Assembly (NCBI GenBank): GCA_043228905.1
Contig: JBHGNT010000005.1
Location: 21,266,001 to 21,330,000, forward strand
DNA from: Azolla caroliniana
Taxonomy: Eukaryota > Plantae > Polypodiophyta
DNA length: 64,000 nucleotides
Direction of reading: 5' to 3'
A model generated the notes under the pieces. The model searched no databases, was not told the origin of the DNA, and was given only the letters and a program-made list of their open reading frames with translations. The position numbers were made by a program, and so were the translations under genes. Of this stretch, positions 38,601-51,330 are shown piece by piece. Every line of letters begins with the position of its first letter. The first letter of the stretch is position 1.

Positions 38601-39230
38601 AACAAGCACAACGTTGAAAACCTCATATAAAAATATCAAAAAAACGAAAGCCACTCATGAAATGACAAAAACAAATCTTGAGGTAAGATGGGACATACTA
38701 AATTAGCTACAGTGAAGTACAACTAATTTAATTTTCTTGCATCATGAAGTGTTACATTTAGAGTAATGCTCAAACACTTTCCCTTAACAAATCTTAGTTT
38801 GAAAGGGTTTCAACAACATCATATGAGATTGCCTAATGACCTGGGAACAAGCAAAAGTTACCTAACGAGGTATATAATTGTCCTTGTTTACAAAAGACTG
38901 CATCATCGTCACAAGTTACAAACTTATGCCATCTTTTGATTTAGGTAACTTTATTGATGATCTTGAAATGCATGTGATTTAATTCCTTCTTTTGTATTTT
39001 GTTGTAGATCAATGGACCTTGGGAAGATGTAGATATACACAACATTATGCAAATGGGCTTTGCACAGAATCCCGTCCTCTTGAATAGTATGCACCATCAC
39101 GTAGCACTTTAACATAATTTGAAATACCATCCCATTGTTATAACTTTATCAAGATAAACCTCATTCTTTGAATTGTTTTTGAATGATTTTAGGTGGTTTA
39201 TACCATGGTCAATTGAAGAAAGAGCTATGA
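32683..39230 (+). CDS. bHLH transcription factor, subfamily XII (CIB/BPE/BEE/HBI1-like), 8 exons: 32683-33408, 34159-34680, 35965-36030, 36832-36900, 37044-37103, 37236-37430, 39008-39086, 39193-39230; about 584 aa
   Basis: Signature [73 protein letters not shown] with family-typical intron positions and GT-AG junctions. C-terminal WEDVDIHNIMQMGF and LKKEL* resemble the family WEDD...QMGF and MKxEL ends. Joined exons total 1755 nt in frame. The start codon and the donors of exons 5 and 7 are less certain. Confidence 0.92.
34738..35180. repeat. 42-bp tandem repeat, about 10 copies, in bHLH intron 2
   Basis: Unit ACTTCCTTAATCGCTTCTTTCTCCGCTTAATCTCATCCCCGG, progressively diverging. Confidence 0.92.
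36576..36825. repeat. 44-45-bp tandem repeat, about 6 copies, abutting the exon 4 acceptor
   Basis: AATGGATCAATTTGTCATCTTGTATGAATCAATTTGGTATAAACT starts at ~36576, 36621, 36666, 36710, 36754 and 36799. Confidence 0.92.
37573..37770. repeat. ~30-bp GTTTCACA...GTGGCT repeat, about 7 copies, in intron 6 (probably a TE fragment)
   Basis: GGTTTCACA(C/T)T..GTGGCT.GG..CTC repeats in a GC-richer block inside an AT-rich intron. Confidence 0.8.
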
Positions 39231-40267
39231 AGTCATCGCCGTATAACATGAAGCTCATCCTATGAAATTCCATTCCTTTGACGAGCCATATTAATTGTAC
39301 ATAAATTGTGAGAAATTGGCATTGAAGTAATTTTATTGAGAGCATTTATGTTCAATGTGACTTCAATGCCGCGACAATGGCTTTGATGAAGGGGACACAC
39401 CAAAAGCTTTGGTATGATTCAGAGATGCAGGTAGGGAACAAATAGAGACAACGGGATCGAGCTAACAACTGCTTGTAGTGAACATTGAGCAACATAGGGT
39501 TTGTCAAATTGTTATAATTCATTATAATCCCATTGCTTTCTATTAGTCAATTCCAACCATTAAGTTCTCTTCATTGCAATGCACTATCGGCCAACAAAAT
39601 TCCTCATTCAAATCTATCTCTTTCTAACAGTTACATCTGTCTCTAAAGCTCTTTATTGCAACCGCGTACGAACTGGTCCTACCAAATCATTTTTAAATAA
39701 AATTGGTGTATACAAGTTATATCCCATCTTTCTTTTACAATTATAACTATATTATGATAATAGTTAACATTCCTTAAAGTAAGTCCGGCTTTTTACCATT
39801 AAACGACGGAATGTATTTAAACAAGTAAACTTCGAACTTGCATGATCGAACTCTCAAAAATAGACTCTCGAGAATATAACGACAAAAACGAGCGTTGAGA
39901 TAAGCAATAGAAACTGGTAAAAAAAAGTTTGGAAATTTAAGAAGGGTTCATATTCTTTTCGGGAATAAAAAAAAACCTCGAAAAACAACTGTCCTTTATG
40001 TTTTGGAGACCGCAATGGACCTTGAGGAGTAGACCTTAAGTAAACAATTCCGCCATCTTCAATTCAAATAAAGTTGTCAAAGAAAAGAACGAGAAAAGTT
40101 TCTTGGTGCTGAATCACCTCACGAAACAACTATCCTTTGGTTTCTGGAGGAGGCATCGAGAGCTAGCAATCATTGGAGAGAATCATTCACTCATGATATA
40201 TCTCAATATCTTGCACATATGTAGTGTACCTTGCTCGAGAACAACTACTACCACTAATATACATAAG

Positions 40268-40938
40268 GGGAATTTACCACATTACCTCTAATAGTAGTTC
40301 ACGGAACTTCCGAATACCCTTGAAAACAAGTGAAATTACCCACTTAACCTTTCTGTCTTCTCTCACTTTCTATACGTCGCTCACTCCTTTCCCTCTTACT
40401 TTTCCCCATCCCAAAATACGCTTGTCTCAACGTCTTACTTTCCCAATTCCCAAAAGACTAATTTCCCTACTAGCTTTCCAAAACCCCTAAAATACTCCGT
40501 CTCTCCCTCTATTAAGGACTCTATTGCACCCATATTGAAGTGTTGGGATCAACTACTAGGTTTAAAGATGCAAAATATTGTTCAATCACGATCGTCTAAC
40601 ATTCACACCCATTTTTACCTTTCTAGATTTTTTTACCGATGTTTACCTTACCTAGGTTTACTTTCATGATTTAATTTACAATCCCGATTTAATGAAGTAA
40701 TGCATTTAAAACCACCATTGTCGATCCCAACGCTTCCATTTAGTGTGATATAGGCTAGAGGCCCGTTTCTCTTGCTTCTGTTCCCAGCAATTTAGAAAGA
40801 CAAGGAGAGGGTGTGTTTTGGGAATTTGGAAAAGTAAGAGTGCGAGCGACAAAAAGGGTAATATGGCAATTTCAATATTTTCAAGGGTGTTTTTGGAATA
40901 TTGTGAACAATAAATCAGGGCTATTTTGATAAATTCCC
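40268..40938. mobile_element. Non-autonomous Mutator-like foldback element (MITE) with long degenerate TIRs
   Basis: GGGAATTTAC...ACCCTTGAAAA..TGAAATT mirrors AATTTCA..TTTTCAAGGGT...ATAAATTCCC. The inner arms GAAGTGTTGGGATC (~40537) and GATCCCAACGCTTC (~40723) also pair. No TSD was found. Confidence 0.7.
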
Positions 40939-43900
40939 TTGTAACTATTAATTTGTGTTACTACACATGATGCACATTGTATAGCGCATGCATGTAATGA
41001 TCTACATGTGCACACAACGTATTTCATATGAGTTCAAATGTGAAGAAATTTCATATATTAATAACACACAAAAATGATCACATACATACATATTATATTA
41101 TCATATGTTACAATCTACAACATTTTGAAAAATGAAAATTAGTCCAAGGTCTCTCGAGAAGCCAGAATGCAAATTGAAGCGACAGGTTTGTTTGATTCAA
41201 GTATTAGCACAACAAGAAGGAGAAAATTGCATCACAACATTAACGACTATTACAACATTTCATAATTCCGGTTTTTTTCTCCTTAGGATAAGAAAACATG
41301 ATAACCACCTTACCACTCAAGGACAAAATATTATGTTGAATCTTCACATCTAATTTCCTCCATCTTTTATGGTTCTGTTGAATTAAAAATTGGTGCTTGA
41401 GTTCAACACATATGTTTGCTTATAATCTGAATAGCAAACAAGAAACTTTCAAGCAAAATGACCCGATTCATTACATTTGTCATTAACATAATAGGCATTT
41501 AAAAAGAAACATAATTAAATTGATCCAGTCCATGGAATAGTGAAATCATAATCAACGTTGGAATTGAGTTTAGGCTACATTGATCCATTGAATCGAAACT
41601 CAAACATCAATAGTGCTTGTAAGACTTTAAAAGCCCAAAGTTGGGAATGTGAAGCAACATAACCAAACTAGTTCACTATGTGGAATAATGAAATCAAGAT
41701 CAACATCTAATAAGTTGGAATTAAGTTTAGTTTGCATTGATTCATTGAATGGAAATTCAAACATCATTTGTGATAGCGAGACTATAAAAGCCCAAAGTTG
41801 GAAATGTGAAGAAATTTTGATAAGGAAAGGATGTTATTAGTACATTGGTAAAGGTTTCAATGGAACCCAAGTAAGCTCATAAGCATGGCATCAATTGGGC
41901 CAAATAAAGTATCCTATATAGGATAATATGTAACCTTGGCTTCAATCCCCCGAAATAAAGTATACTCAAGCCATAGATCTCAACATTTTCAAGTGGATCC
42001 AAGCATGTTTTTAAGTGTTTGTATGAGTCACTTGATCTTTCTAAATGTTTCCATTAACCTTTGGGATAATGGAATGTTATGTTGTAATCTACTACATAGA
42101 TGTCACTTTCTTTAAGGACCACTCACACTTGACTTTTGTGACCTAAGATTTAATGCTTGCGAAAACCCTATGTCGTACCACAAGTCTAGTGGGGGAGGGG
42201 GGCATGTATGAATAATGCAAAGTTGTCGGTGAGAAGATGTATAAAGAGGGGACATAATCAATTCAACATGATTCTCACAAAGAAGAAAATATGCATAATT
42301 GATCGTACACAATTGTGACACTAGGACTAAAGTTAAAGAAAGTTCCACATCCTACCTAATTCCGACTAAATCACTTACTTTGGGGATCAACCTAGGTAAA
42401 CGTGAACATACTAATTGACTAGATTTAGTTCCAAATTTAAATGCATAATACATATATGTGATGCTAAGCAATTTACATTTGAAGGACATGTGGCAACAAT
42501 CTTACCATTTTTTTTTCCCTTTTGCCAAGATATTAGGAGAAGTTAGCCTAACTTTATAAAGGATTAATTTTAAATGCATGTATGGTATCATAATTGCATT
42601 TGGAATTTGACGTTTGTTTACTCATGGTGATAATTTACAAATTGTAGACGATGATTTTAATGATTAATGATATTAACTAATATTTAATAGCGAGAAATAA
42701 ATCTATCACTGATATCAACTTAAAGAGATAGTGAATGATTAGTACTTAAATTCAATGATATTAGGAGGTATAAATATGACACAATAATGATTTTACAATT
42801 AATTGGGTGCAATATACTTGTCAAGATGGGACAACCTTTGATGAACTTAGAAAAAAACACCTCATTTAGAGATCATTGTGCCAAAAGCCTCAAATTGAGA
42901 TTCAATGAATTCTCATATAGCTTTACAATTGGGCATTGCTTAGACTTGTGACATGCATGATCCTAGTGGACAACCCATTTGAATGAACTGACAAGCAAAT
43001 AGGAAATGGAGATACTAACTTATATCAAGAAATCCACCTCCATTTTAATGAATCAATTAGTGAGACATTGATCAGCATGACCTTCACTAACAGAATGACA
43101 AATGGGAATGCAAGTTGCATCAAGAACTCTATTTCCCCATTGTTGAGGGGCTTTGGTAACATGTCACATGGTTGAAATCTTGTGAGAGCTAGGCAAAAAA
43201 ATTTCCTAGATCAATTTGTGATAGATATAATTTTTGTTGCAAATGAGTCTAGTTCAAATTTCATTATGTTATTGCCTCCATGAAATGTAATGATTGAATG
43301 CAGGAGATTCTAGTCTCACCTTATCACCTAACCAATTGAACTACAACCATCTAAACTCTCTTTTAATTTTTATCACATATAAAGAATAAGGCTTGAGGTA
43401 TGGGTTCTTATTATATATATTGTTGGAGTATGAGTTGTTTTGGGTAATGGATGTAGATGTTTAACTTAATTAATTTAGTTCATTCACATATGTAATATTG
43501 TCCAAATCTTTATATTTTGGGATTCTTCACATTATTGGATTGAATATGTTTGGATGATATACAATACAACCTACTTGAATGGAAACAAATGTGATATTTG
43601 GTTCTCTAAATGATGATTTTGATTGCTCTAAATTTACATTTTATTTGTTCTCTTCGATCATGTGGCTTTTCTAGTTAGTTTTATTCTAAAATGACATTTT
43701 CTCTGTCAAAAAATACAGAAATACTTTGTTTATAAGGTCTTGATAAACATATTTCCAACTCAAGAATGGTTATGTCCATATATCCAACACACCCACACAT
43801 TTTTCTTCCCCTTCAAGAAGGCCTAAAAGTTAAAGAGAAACCTACACAAATATTTACATGTCATGTTCAGAGACATTAGAAAATAGGACATAATTATACC

Positions 43901-44358
43901 CAAGAATAGCATGGGAGATATTACAAATACAAAATTGTCAAGACATGCATAGGTATGCACCTCAATTGTTTTTGGATTATGGTTGTCAAGCTTCTTTTAT
44001 TTACCTTTTGCAATTATCAATTGAGACATATTGAAATTTAAATGATTGAACTAAATTGATACGAAGTCTTAGAATACAATCTCCTAGTCATTTGGCATAT
44101 AAGAAGCTTTCTTACATACAAAATCTCACTACTACAAAAAATATAAGAAAAGAGGGATTATGAATCCCCTATTTTCTATCTCCCCCATTGCATGCAAATT
44201 GAGCACAACCATGGCCAAGGTCTCCTCCTCCCTAATCATGACAACCCCATACTTATTCTTCCTCTTTTTGATCGTTAGCAACAACATTTTTTTTCCCTAC
44301 ACCACGAGTAAGTAGGATTAGGGTTAGAGTTGAGGTTGATACACAAGTGTTAAAAACT

Positions 44359-44675
<317 letters not shown>

Positions 44676-44967
44676 TACATTCACACAATCATTTTTATTA
44701 TTATTATAAAAAGATATCCTGCCATTAGTATAAATAGTTTACAAGATTTTAAACCTCTATGTGATCAACGGGGGAAACAACCATTTCGGTGGCTGAAAAT
44801 GCCACTAAGGAGTGCCATAATTGGATGTCATGAATGGAGTAGTTGTCCAGATAATAAAAAACTCGCTTTGTTGAGCAATTTTAGCCTCATAATCTCCAAC
44901 TATACCATCCCATTGACCCTTCAAAGTATGAATTATGTCTAACCAAATGTTCAAAACCACTTCACCT

Positions 44968-46690
44968 AGTGGTGTTTTAAGTTGACGGAAAACCCACGCC
45001 CGCAATTTCGATGTATACCATCAGGTTATCTAGTTCGGTACCTAGGGTGTATGATAGGTATTGATCTTTCAATGGAAAATCAAGTGGCACCCCTCCTATT
45101 GTCACTACGGAAAAAGTTATTATTATGGAGTTCAGCCAAGTTGTCTTTTGTTGGTTGGATTGTAGTTGCTGATTAGGTTTTATTGGCTTCAACATGGTAT
45201 GTTCTGTCATGTTGGATATTATCCAAGTCATGCATTCTAAAAATACGTAGACTGATTCGTAATTTCGTGTGGTCTGGTAAAACGGAAGGCAATGTTCGGT
45301 CTAAAGTGAAATGGGATGTTATTACCTTACCTCATTCTAAAGGAGGATTAGCTATTATTGATCTAGTAGATCAATCAAGAGCATTGTTAAGTAAGTTGCT
45401 TGTTAGAGGATTAAAGCCGAGGCAAGAGATATGGAAAGTATTATTGCTTGACTGATGTTCAGATTGCTCTCCTCGTTTAGGCGCCCCCTGGTTGAAGGAT
45501 GTAAATTGGATATTTAGGGAAAATTTTCTAGTACCTTCAGCCAATATGTGGGAAGAAAAATTTATTAGGACATTATTTTCAGCATGGAAACAAGTATTAC
45601 CTGGTTTGCTTCATAATAAACCTAACCCCAAACATTATGTTGAGTATCTCCGCCAAAGGATAGTCTGGAACCCGTTGTTTACAACATCAGATGGTTCAGT
45701 GTTGGGTTCTAGAAAATGGCTATCGTGGGGGAAAATGACAAAAGGTCCTGCGAAAACAGTTCAGACTTGGAAATAATTTTTATTGCGTTCATTGGAAGAG
45801 CAAAAAAGAAATCCTACGTAATATGTATGGCGGCCAAATAAGGTATCAACAAATTCAGGAAGCTATGAGTAGACTTCCCACACCACCCAATGATGCTAAC
45901 CATAGATGGGTTGGGGTTTTTGCAAGATTGGAAGTACTCTTGGTTGTGAAAGGGCATTCAGATGATAAGACATACCAGTTGTTTGAGGTGGATGAAACAA
46001 ACCAATTGTCTCAGTCAGGAGAAATGGTGATAGATTACCCCTATGTAATTGAGCACAAGATAAGGGTCATTGGATATGCCAACCGTAAATGGTATATTGA
46101 TCCAATAATAGAGGAAATAAGGCCACATTGGAAGTTGTGGGTGCTAGCTAAAAAGCTGATATTCAGATTAGATTGGGACCCAATTGATTATCAGTGGATA
46201 GATCCTTACGCGAGTAACAAGTTCAATTTCTTCCAATATTCTGTACAGTTGGGAAGACATGTACTTTCAGATACACGTGATGTGTTGCCGACTGCATCTC
46301 AATATTGGAATCAACAAGGTATTACTCTCCAGATCCTTGCAAAATTCTAGGTTATCTTATGGGCAAGAAAACAACCACACACAATATTGCATGTACAATG
46401 GTTAGTTGTATAGCAGGCCTTGCCGGTAGACATATGGTTGCATAGGATGGGAGTATCTTCTGGTTGTACTCGATGTCAATTACAAATGGAAACTTAAAAA
46501 CATTGTTTATGGGAATGCATTGAGTCTCAACAGATATGGCAATGACTCCTTAGAGTTTTTGCTAATTATTTTCCCCCATTGGTTTTCAATTGGGGCATGG
46601 TGGTTTGGACATCACTTGTTTGTGATGCGTTCCATTATGACAACGAATCTATGGACCATGGGTTTTACACTAAATATGGAAGTGTTCATA
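44968..46690 (+). mobile_element. 5'-truncated L1-type LINE (end of RT, C-terminal region, zinc finger), degenerate
   Basis: RYLGCMIG, W..AKLSFVG.IVV, RNFVWSG..KVKWDVITLPHSKGGLAIIDL; zf-RVT-like CTRC...ET.KHCLWEC at ~46465-46520. Confidence 0.88.
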
Positions 46691-47552
46691 CATAGTAAAT
46701 CTGATGAGTGTGTTGGGGCTTTCGTACAATGAACCTATAGAGAGTTCCTACAAACCCTTGAGTATAAGGAGCTTTGAAAATGTGTAAGTCAATTGCAAAT
46801 AAGCACACTTTGTTTTTTAGTGCCAATATCCATGACATCACCAACACACACATCACTAACACATGCAACTATATCCATACATCTATTACCACCACCATTG
46901 ACAATAATTGTAGGTGTGGTTGACTCCTCATGAGATCCCAAAACTGCAATCTTCCATATTCTAGATAGATGCCTTTTTTATCATAATCTTTGCTTACTGG
47001 GTTCTTAATATTAATTCCTAATCGTATTTACATATCTAATGAAAAAGGGTTCGAGTTAAATATCACAAGACTGACTCAAGAGGATGAGGATGGTGAAATG
47101 TTTGTGTTTCCCTACTTTAGTTATATTATAGATAACAATTGCTATAATTTCAAAATTTCATTCTTTGGTAGGAGATACCAAAGGCATTCAAGATGTCAAA
47201 CCTTCAATGTGGATAAATTGACATAAAGCGAAATGAATTTCAAACTGCACCATTGCTATAGACATGGTGGGCAACTCTATAACATTGGCGTAGAGTATGG
47301 AAGGTGGTTGTAGCGTTGCTAGCAAAAACCATGGTTTCTTGCTACAACACCATTGCAATACACATGGTGGTTTGCTCTATAGTCTTGCCATAGAGCTCGA
47401 CGGGCTGCTATAGTATTGATGATAGCATAGCGGATGGCTCTACAACATGGTGGGTTGCATTGTCGTTGTCGCCCACCCTTTCTTTTGCATAACCACCCAC
47501 ATTGGGTGTTGGAGATGGTCGTAAGTGAAGGTAGACAAAAAAAACATTATAG

Positions 47553-47900
47553 TGTGAAGAACATCAAGATTGATAGAGATAAGCACGATAATGGAGTATT
47601 AACTATGAGAAAAATTAGCAAGATCAACAGGAATAACAGAAAGAGAAAGAGAATCACACAATATGTAATTGTATTATTCAAAACTAAAGTTACAACAGGA
47701 AAAATGGCGGCTTAGGCATCCACCTACAAACTAGTTACAAGTCCAGTTATATAATAACTGAGCAAGCCCTTTGAGCATATTACAAATGTGAATACGGCCA
47801 TTATAAACCCGTATTCGACACTCCCCCATTGTCGTGAAGATCTGTCACTAGGTGCGGATCGTGAGGCGGAACCACCGGGGTCTTGGACCGGAAGGATTCG
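47553..47900 (-). mobile_element. 3' LTR with PPT remnant, related to the LTR at 19898-20229
   Basis: Minus-strand PPT TGGGGGAG is followed by TGTCGAATACGGGTTTATAATGGCCGTATTCACATT (starts 47820), versus TGTTGAATGCGGGTCTCTAATGGACTTATTCACATT at 20229. The far end is uncertain. Confidence 0.65.
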
Positions 47901-48984
47901 AAGTTTGCACTAGCTTTAGTGAGAAAGTATTTAACATAGATTGAAAGAGAGAGATTAAGATAAAGATTGAACGCTTGACTTTAGATTTGAGAGACAAGAT
48001 ATATCAATAGGATAACGAGTTTTCTTATTATTTTCCCCAAAATTTACATTCCAAGTTTTTACATTAGTCCCACTTGCTTGATTCCTCCGTTCTTTTATAG
48101 ATGTCCCCATGCATATGGTGCATGTGAGGGTGCAAGACATGCACGGAATGCATGAAATGCATGCTTGCCATGTCATAATCTAAGCTCTCATGTACGAGAA
48201 TTACATGTAAACGTATAGTGATAAAAAATATATCCCTAAAGAAATGATTTGGCTTAATGGTAAGCCTATAGACTCTCAACTTGGAGGTGCAATGTTTAAG
48301 TCTTGCATACATCCCTTTTTAAAGCAGAAAATACTATTAGGCTTTTGGTCTTGTAATTACACCAAATATATTTAAGACACCATGAACCGTGATCAACCGA
48401 TCCGTCTGATTTGCACCCCCATTTGGTCTGCATCCCTAGCCGATTCCGTCACCGACCGGTCGCTGCATCCCGATCCGGTTCGGTCACCGGTTACCGCTGG
48501 TCCGGTTTTGGTTGGCCAAAACCTTTGCAAATAGCTAGGCCACACCCATTCATTTGATTAATTTAGTTCAAGTCACCTTGAACTCTCTATGCTCCACACA
48601 TAGGCACAAAATAATAGCTTTTGGCTTTGCTTTATATATTGTAGGATCCTTGTTTGTCCTATCTATGTGGGACATCTCATAGGTTTGTTTTTCTTTTCTT
48701 TTCTTTTCTTTTTTCGCAACTTCATACCCACATAACTTCACACTTAGTTGACCGCTTGTTATGTAGCAAAGTGCATTCAAAAGCTCTTCAAGACCTCCAT
48801 CTTTTTGTACCAAGATATTAAACTTATTTAAAATAGTATCTTCACTATTATTGTTTTATATTTCGTGAGAAGAACCACACTCGATTTCGTATGTTCCTCA
48901 CAAGTTTCACACTATTGCCCAAAATCTTCACGACACCGTAATGGGCGTATACATCAAAGAAACAAATATATAGATTATACAAAG

Positions 48985-50978
48985 AGATGGGTTTTTTGTC
49001 CCTCCTAATGGGAGAAGTTGGTAGTCGAATTGGAGGAGTCGACAAGCCGAATTCAAGATGGTTGATCGGATCAACTAGCGAGTCGACTTGGTAGTTGATT
49101 GACTAGAGGAAATGGAGAGTCAACTGTGGTAGTCGATTGTATTGGATGGATGATCAAAGTGAAAGACTAGTGGACTAATTGGGTCGACCGAATGGTCGAT
49201 GGCAAAGTCTGCTAGTCGAACCGACTGAATGGTTGACATAGAAGTCGGTCGAGTCAATCAAGTAGTTGTGGGTCAAACAACCGATTCTATAAGTCAGCTA
49301 GTTAACAACTATTATTATTATTATCTAATAATAACTTATTCCCATCTATAAATATGTGGAGTTAAGGCAAACTCTATTGAGAGATTAAGTAGCAGAACTA
49401 TGTAGAACAATCGTGTGCAACAGACTGCAACAAAAAAGAGAGTGAGATGCGAGAGTGCGCGCGTGTAGGCAAAGTGAAATTAAACTTGCCAAAACCTTAA
49501 GTGGTGGATAATCTATTTGGCAGTCTTTGTAATTTTTTTCTTCTTCTCGTATCTCTGTTATATAGTGAAGATCAGTTGCCCCGTGGGTTTCCCCTTTTGT
49601 TTAGGGTTTCCATGTAAATCTTGTGTACTGTGTATTTTGTTTTGTACATTTTAGTCTATTTTTCTCATCTGTCTGTAATGGTTCATTTCTCATCAAATTG
49701 GTATCAGAGTGAGAGGTGCAAGAATGGAAGGAGGTGTGAGCGGTTTTCTAGGAATGATACTCCTAGACTCACAAAACTACGCAGATTGGAAGATCAAGAT
49801 GGAAGATCTTATGATAGTCAAAGACTTGTACGAGCCCATAGACAAGAGTGAAATATCCATAGGGGTGTTGGACTCTGAGTGGAAACTCCTGAACAGGAAG
49901 GCAATGGCCACCATCAGACAGTGTGTAGACGTGAATGTTCTACAACATGTGGCTAATGACACAAACGCCTACGAAATGTGACACAAACTGTCAGGGTTGT
50001 AGGAGAGGAAAAATGCCCTCAATAAGGCCTCTCTCATGAGAAAGATCATAAGACTGAAGTACAAAGATGGAGAAATCATAGTAGTACACATCAACACCTT
50101 CATGGGGTTTGTAAATCAACTTGCGGCAACCAAGTTTCCCTGATGATGCTCTACAGGCCCTACTACTTATGTATACCCTGCCGGACAACTGGGAAAACCT
50201 GGTGGTGTCTCTCGGTACCTCGTGCCAAGAAGAAAACTTGTTTTTTACAAGTGGTAAAGAAAAGTATCCTAAACGAGGAAACAAGAAGGAAGGACAAGTG
50301 TGTCCTACCTCAGATGGAGGCAAATGTGGCACAACATTCCGACAGAGGAAGAAGTAAGTAGAGAAGTCCACAAAAGAGAGACAAGTCTCATGCCAAGTCC
50401 AAGTCTAGAGGAAAGCTCACATGCTTCTATTGTGGAAAACCTGGACACTTCTAGAAGGACTATCAACACCTTAAGAAAGACAAAGGTGCTTCGAATGATG
50501 TTGAATCTAGAAGTATTTCTGAGGAGAAGGGCATTTCAGCCGTGGCTACAAGTGAAGAAGAGCTCTTGTTCATTTGCGAGCAAGCGAGTGTAAACCTCGC
50601 AAATGAAGAGTGAACTTGGGTGATTGACTCCAATGCATCATTCCACTTAACTCCCTCGAGAGAATGTTTCTCATCATACACAGTTGGTGACTATGGCTGT
50701 GTAAAGATGGGAGATAATGGAGCATGCAAGATAGCCGACATTGGAAGTGTATGTTTGACAACATCGACTGGTTGTAGGCTGATCCTAAGGGATGTTCGAC
50801 ATGTGCCAGATATTAGGTTGAATCTGATATCGATCGGAAGATTGAACGATGAAGGCTACTACAATGGTAGTTTTCAAAACGACATGTGGAAGTTCTGTAA
50901 AGGAAGTCTCATAGTGGCCCGAGCATAGAAACATGACACATTGTATGTCATGCATGCCAAGTTGTGCAAGAATGACAC
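48985..50978 (+). mobile_element. Ty1/copia A (Tnt1/Tork-like): 5' LTR, Met PBS, gag-PR, truncated by insertion of copia B
   Basis: The LTR ends CATCA at 49695; PBS TGGTATCAGAG at 49699. Gag LDSQNYADWKIKMEDL, LPDNWE; knuckle CFYCGKPGH; PR IDSNASFH...RLNLISIG. The LTR start is approximate. Confidence 0.85.
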
Positions 50979-51268
50979 CGTTGAGAATCAAACTCAACTT
51001 CCCGTGTGTGGGAACACACTCTAGGACACTCAAGTGTGTGAACACCCCACCTCCTTGTATAGTAACTAGTGTGTCATAGACGTTAATATCCTATGACACA
51101 TATTCTTTAAGTAGTTAAAGCTCGACCCCTTTCTCAAGAGGCTGTTTCAGTGAGAGAACTTAGAGAGAAGGGAACTACATAAGCACCTTCTCCTTCTCTT
51201 TGTAACTGTTGGCTCATTCTTGCTAGTGTTAATACAATTTTCTATTTTTTTGTATTTTTCTTGTGTTG

Positions 51269-51330
<62 letters not shown>

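Noticed and set aside
48385-48520. ACCG/CCGGT-rich patch as hAT subterminal repeats
   Set aside because: No TIR or 8-bp TSD could be identified.
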